DNA of 27,813 bases from a virus. Lineage: Duplodnaviria > Heunggongvirae > Uroviricota > Caudoviricetes. The stretch spans positions 1 to 27,813 of the IMG/VR virus record IMGVR_UViG_2737471833_000010. One strand, 5' to 3'. The position numbers and the translations under genes were made by a program. The number at the start of each line of letters is the position of its first letter. The stretch's first letter is position 1. The notes beneath the pieces are model-generated. The model saw nothing but the letters and a program-made list of their open reading frames with translations, was not told the DNA's origin and searched no databases. Shown here piece by piece: positions 7,264 to 15,547 of the stretch.

Positions 7264-7644
7264 TTAAGGCCATTGGGTTGGTGGAAGATCGTGGGTTTTT
7301 ATCTGCGTATTTGCTTCCACACATTTATCATAGTCTAATTTCTCTACAGCAAGCAATAGTGATTCAGCATACATCAATCCTTGTTTGATGTTCATAACAT
7401 TTATGCTTGCACTTGCGGCATCCATATCCTTTGCTGTCTCTACCATGTGCTCAAAGCTTTGAGCAATAGAGTCAACACCGTTTTTCATCCTTGTAAACAC
7501 TAATTTTAGCTCATCAAGGCTTGGATTCGTTAGATCATACATCCCATGCATTCCATGGGCTTCGAATAACTCTGACAACGATCTAAGGGCGAAGTTCACA
7601 GAATCAATAACTTGGTCGTACTTTTTCTTATCAAGATCATTCAT
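7264..7644 (-). CDS. Hypothetical protein (126 aa) at the rex position downstream of cI
   Basis: Intact ORF MNDLDKKKYDQVIDSVNFALRSLSELFEAHG... in a markedly AT-rich block. Same orientation as cI. Predicted helical, no recognisable motif. Confidence 0.55.
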   Translation of the reverse strand: MNDLDKKKYDQVIDSVNFALRSLSELFEAHGMHGMYDLTNPSLDELKLVFTRMKNGVDSIAQSFEHMVETAKDMDAASASINVMNIKQGLMYAESLLLAVEKLDYDKCVEANTQIKTHDLPPTQWP

Positions 7645-7761
7645 TAAAAATATAACCTTTTAACTATTTGATATTGCTGCATTTATATCAATATATGTAT
7701 TTCACATATATCACCCAAACGTCTCTTCAGGTCACTGGCTATCAGCTATGTGACGATAAAG

Positions 7762-8469
7762 TCACGAACTTTTCAGCCACTCCCTTGCCTCGATGTCATC
7801 CAGATGGCGTGACTGCTTCAGAATACCAGCCACATACTCCACCTTTGCTACTTGATGATAAGGCAACGTTATTGGTCTGTGGTCCTGGTTGATGCTTGTA
7901 AACTGGTATTCTCCATCTCTGTCATAGCCAAGAACTTTGATCATGTTGTGTCCTTCAACGGTTCTGACAAACACCTCATCACCCGGGAATACTTTGGTGT
8001 TAGGCTCAATGAGTACATATTCTCCTGATTTTATTCTAGGCCACATGCTGTCTCCTTTCACACGAAGACCAAAGGCATCTGGATCATCGCTATAAATCTT
8101 GAGCCACCCATCGCGCTCTTCGGTCATCTCGATGGCACCATCAACACCAAGAATTGCCTCACCAACCACGCGCACTAACCCTTTTTTTAATTTGCCAACA
8201 AATGAAAGAGTATCTTCATCATTCGCTCCATTTAACGAAGTGCCGTGCTGAAGCCAAACAACATCAACGTTTAGAAATTTCGCAAGCGCATTCATTTTTT
8301 CCTGACGCGGTAAAGACTCAGCATTAAACCATTTGCTAACGCCTTTGGACGAAAGAGAAAGGGCACGGGCTATAGCCATTCCCCTACCATGTTCATCAAG
8401 ACCAGCTTCTTTACAGGCTTGCGCTAGCCGCTGGGCGAATTCTTTGCGCACTTTTTCATTCTGAACCAT
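7762..8469 (-). CDS. cI: CI-type prophage repressor with S24 (LexA-like) autopeptidase domain (235 aa)
   Basis: N-terminal HTH region, then a C-terminal domain with GDSMWP (catalytic Ser) and a downstream Lys. Divergent from cro. Confidence 0.85.
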   Translation of the reverse strand: MVQNEKVRKEFAQRLAQACKEAGLDEHGRGMAIARALSLSSKGVSKWFNAESLPRQEKMNALAKFLNVDVVWLQHGTSLNGANDEDTLSFVGKLKKGLVRVVGEAILGVDGAIEMTEERDGWLKIYSDDPDAFGLRVKGDSMWPRIKSGEYVLIEPNTKVFPGDEVFVRTVEGHNMIKVLGYDRDGEYQFTSINQDHRPITLPYHQVAKVEYVAGILKQSRHLDDIEAREWLKSS

Positions 8470-8547
8470 GAGTACGATACTAAAGCACTTGCAAAAACTT
8501 TCAGTTCAATCATAATGCGTACTGAAAGTACGAAAAAGGATATCCCT
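8470..8547. promoter_or_regulatory. cI/cro divergent promoter-operator region (OR, pR, pRM)
   Basis: Candidate pR: -35 TTGCAA at 8489-8494, -10 CATAAT at 8511-8516. Perfect palindrome CGTACTgaaAGTACG at 8518-8532 and a further AGTACG half-site at 8471-8476. Operator assignment is inferential. Confidence 0.45.
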
Positions 8548-8775
8548 ATGCAAAATCTTGATGAGCCGATTAAAGGTGTCGGCATCCCTGAAGTTGCGAA
8601 GGCTTGTGGAGTTAGCGAAAGGGCTGTCTATAAGTGGCTCAAAAACGGCTTCCTCCCTAAGACTGAGTTTTTTGGGAAAACGAAATACGCATCAAAAATC
8701 GAAGAGATTTCTGGTGGCAAATATCAAGCAAGCGAAATGCTTGAAATAAGCAAAAAGAACCTTCTGGCTGCATAA
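8548..8775 (+). CDS. cro: Cro-like HTH regulator (75 aa)
   Basis: ATG at 8548 preceded by AAGGA. HTH-like segment IPEVAKACGVSERAVYKWL. Divergent from cI. The upstream in-frame ATG at 8515 would lie over the operator palindrome. Confidence 0.7.
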   Translation: MQNLDEPIKGVGIPEVAKACGVSERAVYKWLKNGFLPKTEFFGKTKYASKIEEISGGKYQASEMLEISKKNLLAA

Positions 8776-8782
8776 GTAACAC

Positions 8783-8828
8783 CGCTATTTTCACAATGGA
8801 CATTCGTCCTACGTCGCTGACAAAGCGA
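8783..8828 (+). promoter_or_regulatory. nutR: boxA-like CGCTATTTTCACAA and boxB hairpin TCGCU-GACAA-AGCGA
   Basis: boxB at 8814-8828 has the same GACAA loop as the nutL element. The boxA match is approximate. Confidence 0.5.
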
Positions 8829-8858
8829 GTCCCAATATATCTGACCAACTAAGGCCAT

Positions 8859-8874
8859 ATGCGTTTCCACGCAT
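8859..8874 (+). terminator. Candidate tR1-like hairpin ATGCGT ttcc ACGCAT
   Basis: A 6-bp stem between nutR and cII. No strong U-tract, so possibly Rho-dependent or not a terminator. Confidence 0.25.
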
Positions 8875-8913
8875 ACCTTTCAACTAACTATTCACTATTG
8901 GAAATCTTAAGAA

Positions 8914-9210
8914 ATGGAAAGAACAAGTTACAGCAAACTATCACAGCGTGACGTTGATCGCGCAGAAACAGATTTACTCATCAACCTGTCAACGCTTACC
9001 CAGCGCGGTTTGGCAAAGATGATTGGCTGTCATGAATCGAAGATAAGCAGAACGGACTGGAGATTTATTGCTTCGGTCTTGTGTGCTTTCGGAATGGCAT
9101 CAGACATCAGTCCGATTAGCAGGGCTTTTAAGTATGCGCTTGATGGACTCACCAATAAAAAACGCCCGGCGGCAACCGAGCGTTCTGATCAAATACAAAT
9201 GGAATTTTAA
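8914..9210 (+). CDS. cII: CII transcriptional activator (98 aa)
   Basis: C-terminus ...LTNKKRPAATERSDQIQMEF is near-identical to recalled lambda CII (…ILTNKKRPAATERSEQIQMEF). Confidence 0.85.
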   Translation: MERTSYSKLSQRDVDRAETDLLINLSTLTQRGLAKMIGCHESKISRTDWRFIASVLCAFGMASDISPISRAFKYALDGLTNKKRPAATERSDQIQMEF

Positions 9211-9232
9211 CAACATCCAACGAGGTAATTAT

Positions 9233-9505
9233 ATGCGAAACAAAGGCTTTAATCCACCTGATACACACAAAGAAGCTAAGCGTTTGCGCTTCCTTCGTTC
9301 CATTGATGAAAGAACTCAAATCTCTTTTGTGAAAGTTGCCAGAACTGAGCTTCTGAAGGCTGAGGCGAGGGCGTTGCTCCCGTCTCTACCAAAAGAGGAG
9401 GGATATACGTTCATTCCAAACGCATTTCTGGAAAAGCTGCTCAAAGAAGACATATCCGTAAGTCAGTTTAACGATGTTCTTAAGGTCTTTCGTCAAGGCA
9501 GGTAG
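9233..9505 (+). CDS. Hypothetical protein (90 aa) between cII and the replication initiator
   Basis: ATG at 9233 preceded by GAGGT. The ORF-track extension overlaps cII and is rejected. Confidence 0.5.
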   Translation: MRNKGFNPPDTHKEAKRLRFLRSIDERTQISFVKVARTELLKAEARALLPSLPKEEGYTFIPNAFLEKLLKEDISVSQFNDVLKVFRQGR

Positions 9506-9507
9506 TT

Positions 9508-10455
9508 ATGAGCAATACAGCAAAAATCTACGATTTCAGCGCCGCACACGAGCGCAGGAGCAACAGGATGGAGAACCAGAAAACTGGTTACATTCCGTTG
9601 TACCGGAGCATTCTGAAACAGTCATGGGCGAAAGATGTTTATCTTCGCACCCTGTGGGAAAACCTTCTCCTGAATGCCGCCAGAAAGCCATACAAAGCGA
9701 ATTTCAAAGGTCATGAATGGCATCTGCAACCCGGTCAACTGGTTGTGACAGCAGCTGATTTAGGTCTTCAGTTATGCGACAGGCATGGCAAGCCGGCAAG
9801 CCGTGATCAGGTTGAGCGGATGCTTCAGGTTTTTGTGAAAGAGGGGATGATCACTATTGATGGAGAGAAGCAAAAAGGTCGTGTGATCACCATCACAAAT
9901 TACCATGAATATGCTCAAAAAATGGACAATTCACCCGCACATGAAGCCGCACAAACAACCGCACATGATGCCGCACATGATGAAGCCAGTAATGGCGCGG
10001 CTTTCAGCGTACATGCCGCACATGAAAGCGCACATGAGGCCGCACAAACAACCGCACATCATGAACAAGAAGGTATTAACAAGAATATAAATAATACCCC
10101 CCTACCCCCCAATGGGGGAGGCGATGGGCAGGTTAAACATGAACGTCGCAAGGCAGAACGAATCGACTACGAATCCTTCCTGAACGCCTACAACACCGAA
10201 GTCGGTGACAGACTGCCACACGCTGTTGCGGTCAACGAGAAACGCAAACGCCGCCTGAAGAAAATCATCCCGCAACTGAAAACGCCAAACGTGGACGGTT
10301 TCAGAGCGTATGTCAGGGCGTTTGTACATCAGGCCAAGCCGTTTTACTTCGGAGACAACGACACTGGCTGGACGGCAGATTTTGATTACCTGCTGAGGGA
10401 AGATTCGTTAACGGGAGTACGGGAAGGGAAGTTTGCAGACAGGGGGATTGCATGA
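9508..10455 (+). CDS. Replication initiator, lambda O-like N-terminus with phage replisome-organizer C-terminal domain (315 aa)
   Basis: [10 protein letters not shown]... resembles the lambda O start MTNTAKI. Iteron repeats are embedded mid-gene, giving an [14 protein letters not shown] peptide repeat. Stop overlaps the helicase start (ATGA). Confidence 0.8.
   Translation: MSNTAKIYDFSAAHERRSNRMENQKTGYIPLYRSILKQSWAKDVYLRTLWENLLLNAARKPYKANFKGHEWHLQPGQLVVTAADLGLQLCDRHGKPASRDQVERMLQVFVKEGMITIDGEKQKGRVITITNYHEYAQKMDNSPAHEAAQTTAHDAAHDEASNGAAFSVHAAHESAHEAAQTTAHHEQEGINKNINNTPLPPNGGGDGQVKHERRKAERIDYESFLNAYNTEVGDRLPHAVAVNEKRKRRLKKIIPQLKTPNVDGFRAYVRAFVHQAKPFYFGDNDTGWTADFDYLLREDSLTGVREGKFADRGIA
9935..10063. 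repeat. Putative replication origin iterons: two blocks of four 12-bp direct repeats (CCGCACATGANN)
   Basis: Repeat starts at 9935, 9947, 9959, 9971 and at 10016, 10028, 10040, 10052, each with 12-nt periodicity. Followed by an AT-rich tract at 10064-10095. Lies inside the O-like gene, as ori-lambda does. Confidence 0.55.
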
Positions 10456-11828
10456 AACAGGATATCGAAGCGAGCGTTATCGGTGGCCTGCTGATTGGTG
10501 GATTAACACCAACTGCCAGTGACGTTCTGGCAACGCTGGAGCCGGAAGCGTTTTCAATTCCGCTCTACCGGAAAGCCTTCGAGGTTATCCGCAAGCAGGC
10601 GAGAAACAGAAACCTAATCGACGCGCTGATGGTTGCCGAGGCGTGCGGAGAGGAGCATTTCACGTCAATCCTGATGACCAGCAAAAACTGCCCGAGCGCC
10701 GCAAACCTGAAGGGATATGCCGGAATGGTCGCGGATAACTATCACCGCCGTCTGGTGCTGGAAATCATGGACGAAATGCGTGAACCAATTCAGAGCGGAA
10801 CCATCGACGCATCGAGTCAGGCGATGGACGAGCTGGTAAAGCGTCTTTCAGCCATCAGAAAGCCACGTGACGAGGTAAAACCTGTACGGTTAGGGGAAAT
10901 CATCACCGACTACACTGACACGCTTGACAGGCGTCTGAGGAACGGAGAAGAGTCAGATACCCTGAAGACCGGAATCGAAGAACTTGATGCCATCACCGGA
11001 GGGATGAACGCGGAAGACCTGGTGATAATCGCTGCTCGTCCTGGTATGGGGAAAACCGAGCTGGCGCTGAAGATTGCCGAAGGCGTTGCAAGCCGCGTTA
11101 TTCCTGGTTCTGACGTCCGGCGCGGGGTATTGATTTTCTCAATGGAAATGAGCGCATTGCAGATTGCAGAGCGAAGCATTGCCAACGCCGGGAGGATGTC
11201 GGTTAGCGTACTGCGAAATCCTGCATCGATGGATGACGAAGGCTGGGCGCGTGTTGCTAACGGCATGAGTCAGCTTGCAGATTTGGATGTATGGGTAGTC
11301 GATGCCTCGCGGTTATCGGTAGAAGAAATTCGCTCAATCGCAGAGCGGCACAAACAGGAAAATCCAAACCTGTCACTCATCATGGCGGATTATCTTGGCC
11401 TGATTGAGAAGCCGAAAGCAGACCGCAACGACCTCGCAATTGCTCACATCTCAGGAAGCCTGAAGGCGATGGCGAAAGACCTGAAAACGCCTGTTATCTC
11501 CCTAAGTCAGCTTTCGCGCGATGTTGAGAAGCGACCAAACAAACGCCCGACAAACGCAGATTTGCGTGATTCAGGAAGCATTGAGCAGGACGCAGACTCA
11601 ATCATCATGCTCTATCGGGAAGCGGTATATGACGAGAACAGTAGCGCCGCGCCATTTGCTGAAATCATCGTGACGAAAAACCGTTTTGGCTCACTTGGTA
11701 CGGTTTACCAGCGGTTCTGTAACGGACACTTTGTTGCATGTGACCAGGATGAAGCCAGACAGATTTGCACAGCATCAAATGCACCTGCTGCGCGTGGCAG
11801 ACGATATGCACAAGGGGCTGACGTATGA
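10452..11828 (+). CDS. Replicative DNA helicase, DnaB family (458 aa)
   Basis: N-terminal DnaB-like domain, Walker [10 protein letters not shown], and RecA-like C-terminal motifs (SMEMS, ...SQLSRD...). Translationally coupled to the initiator. Confidence 0.9.
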   Translation: MKQDIEASVIGGLLIGGLTPTASDVLATLEPEAFSIPLYRKAFEVIRKQARNRNLIDALMVAEACGEEHFTSILMTSKNCPSAANLKGYAGMVADNYHRRLVLEIMDEMREPIQSGTIDASSQAMDELVKRLSAIRKPRDEVKPVRLGEIITDYTDTLDRRLRNGEESDTLKTGIEELDAITGGMNAEDLVIIAARPGMGKTELALKIAEGVASRVIPGSDVRRGVLIFSMEMSALQIAERSIANAGRMSVSVLRNPASMDDEGWARVANGMSQLADLDVWVVDASRLSVEEIRSIAERHKQENPNLSLIMADYLGLIEKPKADRNDLAIAHISGSLKAMAKDLKTPVISLSQLSRDVEKRPNKRPTNADLRDSGSIEQDADSIIMLYREAVYDENSSAAPFAEIIVTKNRFGSLGTVYQRFCNGHFVACDQDEARQICTASNAPAARGRRYAQGADV

Positions 11829-11854
11829 CCATCTACATCACTGAGCTAATAACA

Positions 11855-11883
11855 GGGGCTATTTACACAGTAGCCCTTTTTTA
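11855..11883 (+). terminator. Intrinsic terminator after the helicase gene
   Basis: GGGGCTA tttacacag TAGCCC followed by TTTTTTATT. Confidence 0.55.
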
Positions 11884-11909
11884 TTGGATTAAGAACGAGG
11901 GGGATCCTG

Positions 11910-12113
11910 ATGGACACCGTTAACGGAATGTGTTCAGACGCACCGCGTGCCAAAAAATGTAAATGCGGAAAATCACCGACAATATTCGACATGGAGAACG
12001 TGTGCCAAATCTACTGCGCTAACCACGCCGCTGTGGCGGCCGCGAATTATCGCAGTGCGGTAACGGAGTGGAATAACCTGAAATCTGTTAGAGAGGGAAG
12101 TCATGAATCTTGA
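11910..12113 (+). CDS. Small Cys-rich hypothetical protein (67 aa)
   Basis: GAGGGGGA lies upstream of the ATG. Cys pattern CKCGKS...C..YC..H suggests metal binding. Confidence 0.45.
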   Translation: MDTVNGMCSDAPRAKKCKCGKSPTIFDMENVCQIYCANHAAVAAANYRSAVTEWNNLKSVREGSHES

Positions 12114-12285
12114 CGAGCAAGATGCACAAACTATTAGCTCATACATAAGGGCATCAAGACCAGATTACAAAGGTCCGGTATTCGTAGATTTATCTCGCCT
12201 TGAGGAGATTTACATGTGGGAAGCAAAGCTACGTACGCATTTTTTTATTCGTAAGATGACTAGCAACATTACAAAACCAATGTAA
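12103..12285 (+). CDS. Hypothetical protein (60 aa)
   Basis: GAGAGGGAAG lies upstream of the ATG. Overlaps the previous gene by 11 nt. AT-rich. Confidence 0.45.
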   Translation: MNLDEQDAQTISSYIRASRPDYKGPVFVDLSRLEEIYMWEAKLRTHFFIRKMTSNITKPM

Positions 12286-12299
12286 CTGGAGAGGTGAAT

Positions 12300-12515
12300 A
12301 TGAGCACACTCGCAGACCTTATTCATGCCGATATGGCGGAAGATGGAGCAAGGCGTAATAGGTACTGGAAATCATCAAGCCTTCCAGTTTGTGAAAGATT
12401 CAACCACAGGCCAAAACCAAAACGTAGCCGGCGAGACAAAGTGTTGAAAAAACTCATGCAAATTAACATGGCTGGTTTTGTCAGATTCGTGAGTGAAACG
12501 ACTAACGGGGATTGA
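12300..12515 (+). CDS. Hypothetical basic protein (71 aa)
   Basis: ATG at 12300 preceded by GGAGAGG. Arg/Lys-rich centre. Confidence 0.45.
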   Translation: MSTLADLIHADMAEDGARRNRYWKSSSLPVCERFNHRPKPKRSRRDKVLKKLMQINMAGFVRFVSETTNGD

Positions 12516-12516
12516 T

Positions 12517-12801
12517 ATGGGCGAATCAAGAAAGCAGTTTGAGGAATACGTTGCCAAAAAATTGAGATTACCATTCGAGATGATAACCGAGGCAAGAAAT
12601 GGTGATAGGTACTTCGCATTTTCAAGCATGGATATTCGTCACTCCTTAAATGAGTGGTGGACTTTATGGCAGGCATCGCGAGCAGCTATCGAGATTGAGC
12701 TTCCTGAAAGCTTTACCATGCATAGTGGGCGAACCCCATATCTGTATGTAAGCGAGGTGCAGAGCGCCATCCGCGCTGCTGGAGTCAAAGTGAAGGAGTG
12801 A
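12517..12801 (+). CDS. Hypothetical protein (94 aa)
   Basis: ATG at 12517 is 1 nt after the upstream stop. The ORF-track N-terminal extension is rejected. Confidence 0.5.
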   Translation: MGESRKQFEEYVAKKLRLPFEMITEARNGDRYFAFSSMDIRHSLNEWWTLWQASRAAIEIELPESFTMHSGRTPYLYVSEVQSAIRAAGVKVKE

Positions 12802-12803
12802 GT

Positions 12804-12971
12804 ATGAGCGCATACGAAGAAATCATGTTAGCCCTGCGATTCTTTTTCGGTGTGGAAGAAGATGAAAACGTAAATGAGATTATCGGGCAAGACCATGACC
12901 CGATAGGGACTATTGCAGCTGCACTTGACGATTACAGGAGCGTAAATGGTGAGGAAACTAACGTTTGAACT
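12804..12971 (+). CDS. Small acidic ORF (55 aa)
   Basis: AAGGAGTGAGT lies upstream of the ATG at 12804. Overlaps the ninB start by 26 nt. Confidence 0.3.
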
Positions 12972-13389
12972 AAGAAGCACCATCCATCAGCAGAACGCCA
13001 TTCAAGCTATCCAGCAAATCCTTCCAGACCCAACCAAACCAATCGTAGTAACCATTCAGGAACGCAACCGCAGCTTAGACCAGAATCGAAAGCTTTGGGC
13101 TTGCCTTGGTGACGTCTCTCGTCAGGTTGAATGGCATGGTCGCTGGCTGGATGCAGAAAGCTGGAAGTGTGTGTTTACCGCAGCATTAAAGCAGCAGGAC
13201 GTTGTTCCTAACCTTGCCGGGAATGGCTTTGTGGTAATAGGCCAGTCAACCAGCAGGATGCGTGTAAGCGAATTTGCGGAGCTATTAGAGCTTATACAGG
13301 CATTCGGTACAGAGCGTGGCGTTAAGTGGTCAGACGAAGCGCGACTGGCTCTGGAGTGGAAAGCGAGATGGGGAGATCGGGCAGCATGA
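12946..13389 (+). CDS. ninB: NinB (Orf-family recombination mediator) (147 aa)
   Basis: [74 protein letters not shown]... is near-identical to recalled lambda NinB. Confidence 0.9.
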   Translation: MVRKLTFELRSTIHQQNAIQAIQQILPDPTKPIVVTIQERNRSLDQNRKLWACLGDVSRQVEWHGRWLDAESWKCVFTAALKQQDVVPNLAGNGFVVIGQSTSRMRVSEFAELLELIQAFGTERGVKWSDEARLALEWKARWGDRAA

Positions 13390-13559
13390 TGCGATGTTAT
13401 CGGTGCGGTGAATGCAAAGAAGATAACCGCTTCCGACCAAATCAACCTTACTGGAATCGATGGTGTCTCCGATGTGAAAGAACACCAACAGGGGTGTTAC
13501 CACTACCGCAGGAAAAGGAGGACGTGTGGCGAGACAGCGACGAAGTATCACCGACATAA
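13386..13559 (+). CDS. NinD-like zinc-ribbon protein (57 aa)
   Basis: ATGA overlap with the ninB stop. Product [34 protein letters not shown]... has two CxxC pairs. Size matches lambda NinD. Confidence 0.55.
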   Translation: MMRCYRCGECKEDNRFRPNQPYWNRWCLRCERTPTGVLPLPQEKEDVWRDSDEVSPT

Positions 13560-13702
13560 TCTGCGAAAACTGCAAATACCTTCCAACGAAGCGCTCCAGA
13601 AATAAACGCAAGCCAATCCCAAAAGAATCTGACGTAAAAACATTCAATTACACAGCTCACCTGTGGGATATCCGGTGGCTAAGAGAACGTGCGAGGAAAT
13701 GA
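13526..13702 (+). CDS. NinE-like protein (58 aa, GTG start)
   Basis: AGGAGG lies 5 nt upstream of the GTG at 13526. Product [57 protein letters not shown] resembles recalled lambda NinE. Not in the ORF track (under 60 aa). Confidence 0.5.
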   Translation: MARQRRSITDIICENCKYLPTKRSRNKRKPIPKESDVKTFNYTAHLWDIRWLRERARK

Positions 13703-14064
13703 CCATGGATTATTCACAGTTAAGTGATTTTGAAATTAACAAGCGAGTGGCAATTTGCTGTGGATTTGCTCCCGAAGATTGCGAAATCGCAAAGTTGGGA
13801 ACATCAATCGTTGGTGTTGAGTGGGATGACGAAACTGGTTATGCAATAAAAACGGTTGATTACTGTAAAAGCCCATCAGACGCAGAGCCGATTATCGTAG
13901 AGAACAGAATTGGCATTATTCCAGCGCCAGAAAATGGATTATGGAAGGCAGCGCATAGAAAAGTTGGCAGTGATAGTACCCCATATCATATGACTCAAGA
14001 TGAAAACCCACTCCGCGCTGCCATGATTGTCTTTCTCATGATGCAGGACGCCAATAATGCTTAG
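13699..14064 (+). CDS. Hypothetical nin-region protein (121 aa)
   Basis: ATGA overlap with the NinE-like stop. Possibly DUF2591/NinX-type, but not recognised with confidence. Confidence 0.5.
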   Translation: MTMDYSQLSDFEINKRVAICCGFAPEDCEIAKLGTSIVGVEWDDETGYAIKTVDYCKSPSDAEPIIVENRIGIIPAPENGLWKAAHRKVGSDSTPYHMTQDENPLRAAMIVFLMMQDANNA

Positions 14065-14233
14065 CCCATCCCAATCCATCCAATACCAGAAAGAAAGCGT
14101 CGAGCGGGCTTTAACGTGCGCTAACTGCGGTCAGAAGCTACATGTGCTGGAAGTTCACGTGTGCTCCGATTGCTGCGCAGAACTGATGAGCGATCCGAAT
14201 AGCTCAATGTACGAGGAAGAAGACGATGAGTGA
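14057..14233 (+). CDS. NinF-like zinc-ribbon protein (58 aa)
   Basis: Product [58 protein letters not shown]. Size and Cys pattern match lambda NinF as recalled. Overlaps its neighbours by 8 nt on each side. Confidence 0.5.
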   Translation: MLSPSQSIQYQKESVERALTCANCGQKLHVLEVHVCSDCCAELMSDPNSSMYEEEDDE

Positions 14234-14735
14234 TGTTAAAGAAAAAGATATCCCCGGCTTTGAGGGTATATATAAAGTAACTGAAAATGGAGACATCATT
14301 TCATGCCGTAAATCAAAAAAATTATCTCATGGCATTAAACCAGGAGGATATGCATTTGTCGGTCTGTATCCAGGTGGCGGGAAAAGACCATCATATAAAA
14401 TGGTTCACAGAATTGTTGCAGAAGTATTTATTGATAACCCAGATGGCAAACCGGAAGTTAATCACAAGGATGGAAATAAACTTAATAATAAAGTTGAAAA
14501 TCTTGAGTGGGTAACGCGAACAGAAAATGCGAAACATGGATTTGATTCCGGATTGCTTGTTCATGGGTTTAATCATCACTTCTGCAAACTAACGCCAGAA
14601 CAAGTGAAATCAATATATAAATCAAAAGGCAAATACAGAGATATAGCCAAAGAATTTGGTGTTTGTGCGCAGACAGTGTGCAACATAAAAAACAAATCAG
14701 CGTACCGACGTTTTTTGGAGGGTATTGATGTTTAG
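14226..14735 (+). CDS. HNH homing-type endonuclease (169 aa)
   Basis: HNH core ...VNHKDGNKLNNKVENLEWVTRTENAKHG... and a C-terminal basic DNA-binding region. The gene is conspicuously AT-rich relative to its neighbours. Confidence 0.8.
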   Translation: MSDVKEKDIPGFEGIYKVTENGDIISCRKSKKLSHGIKPGGYAFVGLYPGGGKRPSYKMVHRIVAEVFIDNPDGKPEVNHKDGNKLNNKVENLEWVTRTENAKHGFDSGLLVHGFNHHFCKLTPEQVKSIYKSKGKYRDIAKEFGVCAQTVCNIKNKSAYRRFLEGIDV

Positions 14736-15003
14736 AAGCAAAAAATGGCTTCAGGCAGTCAGGGATATTGAATTTTGCGTTCTTTGCGGAAGATACGGAG
14801 TTCAGGCCGCTCACAGAAATGAAGGGAAGGGGGTTGGGATTAAAGTAGATGATTGCCTTACTGCTGCGCTATGTGTTGATTGTCATTCAAGAATTGATAA
14901 TGGGAGAGATATGAGCAGGGAAGAGCGAAGGGCTGAAATGGATCGGGCCATTGTGCTTACCCTTAAAAAATTGGTTAACAATGGGAGGGTGTTTGTCCAA
15001 TGA
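14728..15003 (+). CDS. DUF1364-like (YbcO-type) protein (91 aa)
   Basis: GGAGG lies 7 nt upstream of the ATG at 14728. Cys/His pattern FCVLCGRYG...AAHRNEG...CVDCH. Precedes rusA, as ybcO-type genes do in related prophages (recalled). Confidence 0.55.
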   Translation: MFRSKKWLQAVRDIEFCVLCGRYGVQAAHRNEGKGVGIKVDDCLTAALCVDCHSRIDNGRDMSREERRAEMDRAIVLTLKKLVNNGRVFVQ

Positions 15004-15362
15004 ACGAATATCAGTTTGTGCTTCCATACCCGCCGTCGGTGAACACCTACTGGCGAAGACGGGGAAGCCAATATTACATAAGCGATAAAGGCCAGAAATA
15101 CCGAAAAGATGTACAGCAAATAATCCGCCAACTCAAGTTAGACATTTTCACCAAATCACGACTCCGCATCAAAGTCATCGCAGACGTTCCAGACTCCCGC
15201 CGCCGCGACCTCGATAACATCCTGAAAGGTTTACTCGATTCCCTTATCCACGCCGGATTTGCGGAAGACGACGAGCAATTCGATGACATTCGCGTAATTC
15301 GTGGTGTGAAAGTACCAGGCGGACGGCTTGGAATAAAAATCACCGAACTGGAGAACGTATGA
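15000..15362 (+). CDS. rusA: RusA Holliday-junction resolvase (120 aa)
   Basis: LPYPPSVNTYWRRRG...VPDSRRRDLDNILKGLLDSL...GGRLGIKITELENV parallels recalled E. coli RusA (…MPDRRRRDLDNLQKA…). ATGA coupling on both sides. Confidence 0.9.
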   Translation: MNEYQFVLPYPPSVNTYWRRRGSQYYISDKGQKYRKDVQQIIRQLKLDIFTKSRLRIKVIADVPDSRRRDLDNILKGLLDSLIHAGFAEDDEQFDDIRVIRGVKVPGGRLGIKITELENV

Positions 15363-15547
15363 ACGCCACAATTCAAACGATACCAGAGCTTCTTATCCAG
15401 ACACGAGGCAATCAGACCGAAGTGGCGAGGATGCTTTCCTGCGCAAGAGGAACAGTGCTCAAGTACAACCGAGACAGAAAAGGCGAGCGTCACGTAATAG
15501 TTAACGGCGTCCTGATGGTCAAACAGGGCAAGAGGGGAAGACGATGA
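15359..15547 (+). CDS. ninH: NinH-like small DNA-binding protein (62 aa)
   Basis: MNATIQTIPELLIQTRGNQTEVARMLSCARGTVLKYNRDRKGERHVIVNGVLMV resembles recalled lambda NinH (…GNQTEVARRLKCSRGTVRKY…). Confidence 0.65.
   Translation: MNATIQTIPELLIQTRGNQTEVARMLSCARGTVLKYNRDRKGERHVIVNGVLMVKQGKRGRR

Noticed and set aside
9935-10063. Possible CRISPR-like array, given the regular short direct repeats
   Set aside because: The repeats are only 12 bp, contiguous with no unique spacers, and lie inside a coding gene in the position of a lambdoid origin. They are iterons, not CRISPR.
9905-10090. 61-aa plus-strand ORF rich in His/Met/Pro/Lys ([26 protein letters not shown]...)
   Set aside because: It is the alternative-frame reading of the 12-bp iteron repeats inside the O-like gene. 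The repetitive peptide is an artefact of the DNA repeat.
10910-11266. 118-aa minus-strand ORF inside the helicase gene, and similar antisense ORFs (22128-22643, 23964-24326, 24242-24679, 25540-25974, 25958-26329, 26392-26997, 27046-27484)
   Set aside because: They are antisense to long, well-supported coding genes in GC-rich DNA where stop codons are rare. No RBS or family signal supports them.
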